Assembly (NCBI GenBank): GCA_964057225.1
Contig: OZ059898.1
Span: 7,440,001 to 7,504,000 of the forward strand
Direction: 5' to 3'
DNA: 64,000 nt
Source: Auanema rhodensis
Taxonomy: Eukaryota; Animalia; Nematoda
The position numbers were made by a program, and so were the translations under genes. Shown here piece after piece: positions 45,730-55,243 of this stretch; position 1 is the first letter of the stretch; every line of letters begins with the position of its first letter. The notes under the pieces were generated by a model. That model saw only the letters and a list, made by a program, of their open reading frames with translations. It was not told where the DNA came from and did not search any database.

Positions 45730-48700
45730 CTATATCTCTCTTTAATATCTTTCGAAAAAATAACTGTCATGTTCTATACTTTGATCTCTAAGTACTATTT
45801 GATTTAAAAATTTCCTATGATGATGATGATGATGATGCTGATCATTGTGTATTTGTATGCTCAATTTATTGATTATTTTAATAGTTATAAGCTGTTAAAA
45901 GGAAATATTTCAAGTTTAAATTCAAAACATATTCAAATTTATATTTTATTTTGAAATCTATAAGTCTTGTTAATAGAATATATTATTTACACTCTATAAT
46001 TAGTGCGAAAATGATCTTTGTTTCAGCAAATGGACATGTGTCTGGGAACGCTAATTCAAATTCATCGGCAGCCGACAAGCCATCCACATCATCTGGAGCT
46101 ACAGCTACTGTTAAGGAAGGTGCAGAAATTAGATTGAATAATGGAGAAACGCCAAAGAAAAGGTTAGTTATATGATATATGATAATAGTAAAATACCGAA
46201 TTGCTTTCAGCTCTCCAACGAAACCAGCTTCGAACGCTTTTAATAAGAATGCTATTGATGCAGCAATGTGGCAATTGCTTGCAGCACAAATGCTCCAACA
46301 GCAGAATGTATTGAAGAATGCTACGTAAGTCCAGGTTTTTGACATATTTCAATCATTTTGCTATTAATTTCAGATCAAGGCAGAATAAAGTTGCAGGGAA
46401 AAAGGATCCATATTCCGCTGGTTTGGATATAGCAGCTAAGATCAAGGCTGAACAGCAAGCTCAAAGCATTAAATCTGAGAATATTAACACTGCTAGCCCA
46501 ATTATTACATCATATTCACATCTTGATTCTGCGGACAACAAGAAGAGGCTTCCAGCCACCGAAAGCCAAGCGAGAATACCTCTGGATCTAGGGTATGTTT
46601 TGTTAAAATGTTTTGAACCAGTATGAGTTAAATGAATTTTTTGAATGATCATTTTAGTTGGCGTCGTCAAACCTGTATTCGTGCTATTACTGCTTCCGGA
46701 GTACGTGGAGATGTAATCTACTATGCTCCGTGCGGAAAGAAGCTCAGCACATATGCTGAAGTATTAAGAGTAAGTTATATTTCCTTTTATAATTATTATT
46801 TAATTTTTTTTAGTATTTAATGAAAAATCATTGTGGTGCTATTACAAGAGATAATTTCTCTTTTAGTAGTAAACTTATAGTCGGCGAATTTATTTTCCCT
46901 AAAGATAGCGTTGACGGTGAAAAGGTTTGCTAGTTATATATTTCATTTTTAATTTATTAAAATATTTAAGATTATCGTCAAACTATCTGAAGATGAAGTG
47001 AATGAAGAGATTAACAAGCTTGCTAGTTTACGAGCTCAGCCAAGAATAACTGAGAAAAAGGTGAAGGAGGGGAAAGAACGGGCTCCAACACCAGAAGAAG
47101 AAGATATTCCGGAACCTGAAGAATTTTTAGCTCCAAAAGGCTTCTATGATGATGAGGAGAAAGTTAAATGGAGTCGTGAGCCAATTGATGATCTGCTTTT
47201 AACTGAAATTCGGGTACTTTGAGTTTATTTTGTAGACGAAAAGTTATTTTTAATGTTTCAGCCTATGCCTGAAATGCATCGAATTCCGAATCTTCAACTT
47301 ACTGGAGAAGGATTTGCTGACGCTTTAATGGTATATGAATTTGTAAAAAATTTCGGAAATGTTCTAAGTATCGGTCAGTTATTAATATAAAGGTTTAAAA
47401 TAGTTTAATTTATATGTTTTAGATCAAAAGTCGGTTCCACCTCTCAATGAACTTTGTGCTGGATTAGCTGGAGATGTACGATATTCAGAAAGAGTTTTAG
47501 AATTGACTAGAATACTCTTTACTTTAACTCTTGAATATCCTGGTTTACCTGTCGGAAAAAAAGGCCGAAACAAGCTAGGACAATCGGTGAATGATGTTGG
47601 CGTTCGTAGAGAGAACTATTCCGAGTTGTTGAGGCATTTCTTGGCTTCACGTGATGCACAGGGAAAGAAACTAGCAACTCTACTAGAAAATCAATTATTC
47701 GAAGTTTTGAGCGGAGAAAAGAAGTCAGCCATTTTGGCTTTCTTATGTAATGAATTACTTTGTTGTCGAAATATCGTCAAAGAAATTGATTCAAATCTTG
47801 ATGATATTGGCAAACTAAAAGGAGATCGCTGGCTCCGAGATGGAAAAGCGCGTGCTCTTAAGGCTCATCAAAAACGAAAACGGAAAGAATTTAAGAAGGA
47901 TCATAAGGATCACAAAGATCACCGAGATCCTAAAGAGCATGATGAAGATGGAGAAGAACGTCCAGCTAGTCGCAATTCAGATTCTGACGAAGATGAATCT
48001 CCTGTGCATCCAAACAACAAGAAGTTGACACCCGGATTAGGACAGGTCGAAATTTTGACGGAAGAAGAGGAGACCATGACTGTCGAGGAGCTAGAAAATG
48101 TAATCATCAAGTTGAAGCTGGAGTCTGATGAGCTCAAAGACGAGATCAACCATCTAGCTAACCGAGTGAGATCATTTCCATTTGGCTGGGATAGGTACCA
48201 TCGTCAATACTGGCAATTGCCACATGTTCCAACCGTACTGGTTGAATCAATTGAATCAGCCGGAAATAGCAACCCAGCTTGTAATATGCCAGAAATCTGT
48301 GATAAAGATCCGGATTCCTATCAAAGTAAGTGAATAGAATATTCTTAATCACATGAAATAAAATATTTTTCAGCTGATGAATTTATGGATCCTGATGTTA
48401 TATCATGTGTTGAAGATCTTGTTGATGATGTATCTATAATGCGAGTCAAACTCGACAAAAAATGTAAAAAACGCATTCGCCGTATGGATAATCCATTCAA
48501 AAGAGGATGGTGGATGATAGATTCAAAGTAAGCTATATTCTATACTATTTCATATAATTAATTGTGTTTAGGGAAGTATTAGAGAGTGTTCGAAGCAGTT
48601 TACATGGCCGGGGAATTCGAGAACGTTGTCTTCACCGTTTGCTATGTAAAAGTTGGTTTATGAAGGATGTACGCTTAGAGCATTGTAAGTTTTTGAGTAA

Positions 48701-50549
48701 AAATATTTTGTTTTGATGATGTCATATTTCAGTTGAGTTAGCAGCTCCAACAAATATGTTGACATCAGAATCAGTAGAGTCTGATGCTACATTCCGATTA
48801 GGAAAAGCTATCAATGATCTGGAACACAGAATCGTTGACGCACAGGTCAATAATCAGACTTGGGAAGCTCCTGAAAAGGAAAATCCTGAAAATGAGGAAG
48901 ATGAAGATCCTGATTGGAGCTATGAGGACACTTTGTTGAGCAAACAGCAAAGTAGTTCCGTTGACGGTATATCGTTTGATAAACTGCGACAAAGAATTCT
49001 GGACTGTGAACAAGCTGTTGAACGCAGATATCTTCGTCAAAACTTCTATTCTGGCGATATGCCCTCAGTTGCAAAAGTTTTGGGCTTAACTAAAGATGAA
49101 GATGACGATGACGAAGCTTCGGAATCAGCTGCTGCTACGGCAACAACATCAACCACAACTGAAATTAAAAAAAGTAATGTGAAGACCGAAATAAAGCAAG
49201 AAGTATCAGAAGATTCAACTGAAAAAATGGAAGTAGACGAATCAAAATCAACGGAATCTGAAAAGAAGTGTGATGATTTAAAAGAAAAGGATGAGAAGAA
49301 TACTGAAGACATAAAAGTGGATGTAACCGAAGATAAAGAACTTATTGATGTTTGGAGACAATATGTTGAAGAAGCTACTACATGTGCTCAACTTATGTTA
49401 GCTATACAGTGTCTTGAAGCATCAATAGCCTGGGAACGTTCAATTTCTGAAGCCCGTTGTCAGATATGCAAGCAAGTAGGATCAGCTGAACAATTGCTTC
49501 TTTGTGATGGATGCCAAATGGGATATCATATGAAATGCTTCCGAGTATGTATCTTTTATTTTTTTTATCAACTTTTTGAACAATTTGCCATGAAATCATC
49601 TTATTTGTTTAATTTTCAGCCAGCTCTTGACAAAGTTCCATCAGGTGATTGGTTCTGTCCTCGTTGTCGTGAACAAGCTTCTGGAAAGCCAACTTGTGTT
49701 CTTTGTATTAAAGAGGGAGCTCCAATTTATCCATGTCGAAAATGTCATAACTTCTTCCATATTGAATGCTCAAAACAGCATACACCAGATCGCCCAAGTG
49801 AATATGTTTGCTTGTATTGTGACAATAAGGTTGGTCAAGTTTATTAGCATTCATCTATTTTTTTTTCAATTATATATGTATATAATTTGATCTTTAGGCT
49901 TTTGAGCGTCGACTAATCATGAGAAGTGATAGTGAAGAACCTAAAGAAGCTGAAAACGAAGCTCCACAAGCAGCTGAGCCTGAACCACCTGCACCAGTTG
50001 TGAAAGATGTTCGCAAAGCTCAGAAGCGAAAAGCTGATGGCCCAGCTCCTATCGTATTCCCACCAGAAATGGGAATGGATCTCTGTAGGACGATGCTTGA
50101 TGAACTGGAGATGCAGCCTTATGTAGGGCCATTCTTAGAGCCTGTAGATCTTGATCTAGTTCCTGGTTACAAAGAAACTATAGCAAATCCTATAGATATG
50201 GCAACAATTAGGAACAAGGTTGATAGTCAATGGTATGATGATAGATAGGAACAAAAATTTAAACGAAATATTATTATAGTTATGAGACTCCAGACGATTT
50301 TGCCGTTGATTTGGAACTAATGTTTACGAACTGTCGAACGTTCAATGAGGACGATTCCCCAGTTGGAGTTGCTGGTATGTTTTTTGATTATTTTAATTTT
50401 ATTTATGATCAACATAAAGAAATAATTGACTAAAATTTCTTTTTTTAGGTCAATCTTTATCCAAATTCTTCCAAAAACGTTGGAGACAAGTAAAATACAA
50501 CTACAGTAAGCGGTTACGCAGGATGCAAGCATCTCAAGCGTCATCCTAA
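44314..50549 (+). CDS. baz-2: BAZ2A/B (TIP5/Toutatis)-like chromatin reader: polyQ N-terminus, MBD/TAM, DDT, WHIM1-3, PHD (plus a second PHD-like finger), bromodomain; about 16 exons
   Basis: MBD (GWRRQTCIR...GDVIYYAPCGKKLSTYAEV), DDT (FADALMVYEFVKNFG), WHIM1 (KSAILAFLCNELL), WHIM2 (FGWDRYHRQYW), WHIM3 (LHGRGIRERCL), PHD (CQIC...LLLCDGCQMGYHMKC...GDWFCPRC) and bromodomain (PFLEPVD..VPGY...PIDMATI...MFTNCRTFNEDDSPVG). All introns are GT-AG; stop TAA at 50547-50549. Confidence 0.93.
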
Positions 50550-50756
50550 GAAATAAAAAAAAACATATCCTATGCACAGCTCTTATAGTCCTTCATTGAA
50601 ACCTAACAAAAAAGTTCATTAACTTGTTTTGTTTCTTGATTTTGTTTTTTTTATGAATTTTGTACATTTGCAATATTTTTTTGTTTTATCTTCATTACTG
50701 GTGAGATTTTCCGTTGTAGCTGGAATATATCTGGATTTAAAAGCGTTGCCTTCTAG

Positions 50757-50820
50757 CTCTCTCTCTCTCTCTATCTCTCTCTCTCTTTCTCTCTCTCTAT
50801 CTCTCTCTATCTCTCGCTCT
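50757..50820. repeat. (CT)n-rich microsatellite in the baz-2 3' UTR region
   Basis: Interrupted dinucleotide run. Confidence 0.85.
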
Positions 50821-51586
50821 CCTTCTCACTTTGACTATCTCTTTGTATTCCTTCTTACTGTAAAAATCTTCATCAACTACATGTTCAAGCTGTTTTGTCT
50901 TACAATAATTACGGGTTGCAGCTTGAGATTATCCTCTCTCAATCATGTTGTACTCCTATTGTTAATTACTCTGATGATATCCTCATGTATTTTAACCATA
51001 ACATATTTACTTATTTAAGACCAAAACACTATTTCAATTTCATTGTTTTGACATTAGAATTTCACGGTTTAACCGTATTTTAACTAATGTATCAAACTGT
51101 TCAATAGCTTTGTATATAACTAAGAAATGAAAAAATAGCTTTGTCATAATTTTGTCTTCTATTTGTATGTTTCACACTCATTCATTTGTATATTTTATTT
51201 GTGTTACAAGTATTTCTGACACATTCCTCCATTGGTTTTATCAGAGATATCAATACATACCGACATAAGTCCCCTAAAATCTGTTTGAGTGATGCTACAT
51301 CTATCATTATTCTTTATATCCCTCCCTCCCATCCTTCTCTCTCATCAATACTGGTTTGACTGTAATTTAAATAAAATATTTGCTTTATTTCATCGTTTCT
51401 TTCACATATAAGAAGAATTCAAAATAAGCTTGTCAGAAACTGTTAGTCACCATTTTATCTCTGACATATCAAATTCAAATAAAGAAAAAAAGACGGTTTC
51501 ATGCTTTGAACCTGTTCAGAACCTCTTCACCATGCTCAACACGTTTCAAAGTCAAAAAAGGAATGTTAAATTCAAATTTAATTAGG

Positions 51587-51597
51587 AAAAACAAAAA
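51587..51597 (-). terminator. Pol III oligo-T terminator of 5S (TTTTTGTTTTT), repeated in each unit
   Basis: T-runs directly follow the 5S 3' end GTAAGCT on the minus strand. Confidence 0.85.
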
Positions 51598-51715
51598 GCT
51601 TACGGCACCCGGGATTCCCAAGCCGTCTCCGATCCAAGTACTAACCGGGCCCAACGTTGCTTGACTTGCCAGATCGGACGGGATGGCGTACTTTCAACGT
51701 GGTATGGTCGTAAGC
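51597..51715 (-). rRNA. 5S rRNA copy 1
   Basis: 119 nt GCTTACGACCATACCACGTTGAAAGTACGCCATCCCGTCCGATCTGGCAAGTCAAGC...AGTACTTGGATCGGAGAC...CCGTAAGCT, closely matching nematode 5S including the internal control region. Confidence 0.97.
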
Positions 51716-52071
51716 GATGCTATTCCTCTATTAGTGTATCTAGTACCTACCACCATGCCATGGCTGTGCAACAGCTCTTATCGTTCATCAGTCGATAACT
51801 GATTCCTTGCACCTCCAGTAACACCGTGGTATATGAGGTTCTGTAGATATGCTCGTACATCGGGGTCGTTAAGAATGTCAAAGAAGCGAGAGTTTCACTG
51901 AGACAACTTCTCAGAGAAAGATGGTCGTGATGGTCACAGAAGCTGTCTGTACCGGGCTAACCACGACTCCTCAACTCCTCAATAGCTTCGCCTTGCTATG
52001 GCGACCAAGATAAGCAAGCTTCAAAGTCAAAAAAGGAGTGTTAAATTCAAATTTAATTAGGAAAAACAAAA

Positions 52072-52190
52072 AGCTTACGGCACCCGGGATTCCCAAGCCG
52101 TCTCCGATCCAAGTACTAACCGGGCCCAACGTTGCTTGACTTGCCAGATCGGACGGGATGGCGTACTTTCAACGTGGTATGGTCGTAAGC
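52072..52190 (-). rRNA. 5S rRNA copy 2
   Basis: Identical to copy 1. Confidence 0.97.
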
Positions 52191-52546
52191 GATGCTATTC
52201 CTCTAATAGTGTATCTAGTACCTACCACCATGCCATGGCTGTGCAACAGCTCTTATCGTTCATCAGTCGATAACTGATTCCTTGCACCTCCAGTAACACC
52301 GTGGTATATGAGGTTCTGTAGATATGCTCGTACATCGGGGTCGTTAAGAATGTCAAAGAAGCGAGAGTTTTACTGAGACAACTTCTCAGAGAAAGATGGT
52401 CGTGATGGTCACAGAAGCTGTCTGTACCGGGCTAACCACGACTCCTCAACTCCTCAATAGCTTCGCCTTGCTATGGCGACCAAGATAAGCAAGCTTCAAA
52501 GTCAAAAAAGGAGTGTTAAATTCAAATTTAATTAGGAAAAACAAAA

Positions 52547-52665
52547 AGCTTACGGCACCCGGGATTCCCAAGCCGTCTCCGATCCAAGTACTAACCGGGC
52601 CCAACGTTGCTTGACTTGCCAGATCGGACGGGATGGCGTACTTTCAACGTGGTATGGTCGTAAGC
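52547..52665 (-). rRNA. 5S rRNA copy 3
   Basis: Identical to copy 1. Confidence 0.97.
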
Positions 52666-53021
52666 GATGCTATTCCTCTAATAGTGTATCTAGTACCTAC
52701 CACCATGCCATGGCTGTGCAACAGCTCTTATCGTTCATCAGTCGATAACTGATTCCTTGCACCTCCAGTAACACCGTGGTATATGAGGTTCTGTAGATAT
52801 GCTCGTACATCGGGGTCGTTAAGAATGTCAAAGAAGCGAGAGTTTTACTGAGACAACTTCTCAGAGAAAGATGGTCGTGATGGTCACAGAAGCTGTCTGT
52901 ACCGGGCTAACCACGACTCCTCAACTCCTCAATAGCTTCGCCTTGCTATGGCGACCAAGATAAGCAAGCTTCAAAGTCAAAAAAGGAGTGTTAAATTCAA
53001 ATTTAATTAGGAAAAACAAAA

Positions 53022-53140
53022 AGCTTACGGCACCCGGGATTCCCAAGCCGTCTCCGATCCAAGTACTAACCGGGCCCAACGTTGCTTGACTTGCCAGATC
53101 GGACGGGATGGCGTACTTTCAACGTGGTATGGTCGTAAGC
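53022..53140 (-). rRNA. 5S rRNA copy 4
   Basis: Identical to copy 1. Confidence 0.97.
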
Positions 53141-53496
53141 GATGCTATTCCTCTATTAGTGTATCTAGTACCTACCACCATGCCATGGCTGTGCAACAGC
53201 TCTTATCGTTCATCAGTCGATAACTGATTCCTTCCACCTTCAGTAACACCGTGTTATATGAGGTTCTGTAGATATGCTCGTACATCGGGGTCGTTAAGAA
53301 TGTCAAAGAAGCGAGAGTTTTACTGAGACAACTTCTCAGAGAAAGATGGTCGTGATGGTCACAGAAGCTGTCTGTACCGGGCTAACCACGACTCCTCAAC
53401 TCCTCAATAGCTTCGCCTTGCTATGGCGACCAAGATAAGCAAGCTTCAAAGTCAAAAAAGGAGTGTTAAATTCAAATTTAATTAGGAAAAACAAAA

Positions 53497-53615
53497 AGCT
53501 TACGGCACCCGGGATTCCCAAGCCGTCTCCGATCCAAGTACTAACCGGGCCCAACGTTGCTTGACTTGCCAGATCGGACGGGATGGCGTACTTTCAACGT
53601 GGTATGGTCGTAAGC
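53497..53615 (-). rRNA. 5S rRNA copy 5
   Basis: Identical to copy 1. Confidence 0.97.
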
Positions 53616-53971
53616 GATGCTATTCCTCTATTAGTGTATCTAGTACCTACCACCATGCCATGGCTGTGCAACAGCTCTTATCGTTCATCAGTCGATAACT
53701 GATTCCTTCCACCTTCAGTAACACCGTGTTATATGAGGTTCTGTAGATATGCTCGTACATCGGGGTCGTTAAGAATGTCAAAGAAGCGAGAGTTTTACTG
53801 AGACAACTTCTCAGAGAAAGATGGTCGTGATGGTCACAGAAGCTGTCTGTACCGGGCTAACCACGACTCCTCAACTCCTCAATAGCTTCGCCTTGCTATG
53901 GCGACCAAGATAAGCAAGCTTCAAAGTCAAAAAAGGAGTGTTAAATTCAAATTTAATTAGGAAAAACAAAA

Positions 53972-54090
53972 AGCTTACGGCACCCGGGATTCCCAAGCCG
54001 TCTCCGATCCAAGTACTAACCGGGCCCAACGTTGCTTGACTTGCCAGATCGGACGGGATGGCGTACTTTCAACGTGGTATGGTCGTAAGC
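53972..54090 (-). rRNA. 5S rRNA copy 6
   Basis: Identical to copy 1. Confidence 0.97.
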
Positions 54091-54392
54091 GATGCTATTC
54101 CTCTATTAGTGTATCTAGTACCTACCACCATGCCATGGCTGTGCAACAGCTCTTATCGTTCATCAGTCGATAACTGATTCCTTCCACCTTCAGTAACACC
54201 GTGTTATATGAGGTTCTGTAGATATGCTCGTACATCGGGGTCGTTAAGAATGTCAAAGAAGCGAGAGTTTTACTGAGACAACTTCTCAGACGAGATGGTC
54301 TCAGAAGCATATTCAGGCACTGCAATTCAAATCACCGTATATTCTACGAATTCTCGGTTCAAACCTCAAAAATAAAAGGAGAAAAAACAAAG

Positions 54393-54418
54393 GCTTACGG
54401 CACCCGGGATTCCCAAGC
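54393..54418 (-). pseudogene. Truncated 5S rRNA fragment (3'-terminal ~26 nt only)
   Basis: GCTTACGGCACCCGGGATTCCCAAGC matches the 3' end of the 5S copies and then breaks off into unrelated AT-rich DNA. Confidence 0.85.
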
Positions 54419-55243
54419 GAAATGATTGGAATATAACAAAAATAAAGTTCAAAGATTAGTGTGTTTGAGTGCTTCAACTTAGAAATTATTGTTCAAATAA
54501 CATTTGGAAACTTAAAAATCAGATATTCTGAAAAATATACAATATGAATATTTGAAGAATCGTTATATATCAGTTATTGCATGTTTTATGACAGGAATTG
54601 GGTTAACTATTCATATAGCTAACACGTTTGTGTGAATCTATTCCCCAAGAAATATAAATATTTAATATTATATGATCTTCGTCATAGAAAATTATTTGAA
54701 AAAAATATAATAAAATATTGGAAAAAATAATTTTTTTATTATTTGTCTTATTATAAATGCGACATCGATTATACAGACATTTTTATATATGATTTCTATA
54801 TTCAAGAAACAAATTAATTTCATAAACAAATGAATTATTTGAAATTTAAAGAATCATATATTATTATAAGAATGATTGTTTGTGTATACATATATAGTAA
54901 ATATAATCAGTGGAATCACATTGACTGACGATGGTGGAGTACTTGTCGTATAATAGTATGACGACAGATTATGCCAATATTTATAAAAATTGAATAAAAA
55001 ATATTTTTTTAAGGAGATGAAATGAATAGTATTGAATTTGAAATAGAGTATAAGATAAATCACAAATAAGACTATCATTATGTATATTAAAATCTTCTTT
55101 TTTTTTGTTTTAATTTTAAAATATAAAACGTATTTTGAGATTTTTTTCCAACTCCTCCATTATATTTTTATTTGAAACAGTTGGAGAGAAAAAAACAAGG
55201 AAAAAATGATTCAAAATGTATATTCCATCGAGATAATAACTAA

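Larger units (their letters stand above)
51545..54290 (-). repeat. Tandem 5S rDNA array, period 475 bp, about 5.8 units
   Basis: Landmark GCTTACGGCACC recurs at 51598, 52073, 52548, 53023, 53498 and 53973. Units are nearly identical. Confidence 0.97.

Noticed and set aside
47840-49599. Antisense and alternative-frame ORFs over baz-2
   Set aside because: Shadows of the long acidic coding exons.
51716-52071. SL1 or SL2 spliced-leader RNA in the 5S spacer
   Set aside because: No GGTTTAATTACCCAAGTTTGAG or GGTTTTAACCCAG leader and no canonical Sm site on either strand.
51545-54290. Repeat array as CRISPR or a tandem coding repeat, including ORF 54122-54325
   Set aside because: Spacers are near-identical and each unit holds a full 5S rRNA gene. 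The ORF is a chance frame spanning the diverged junction.
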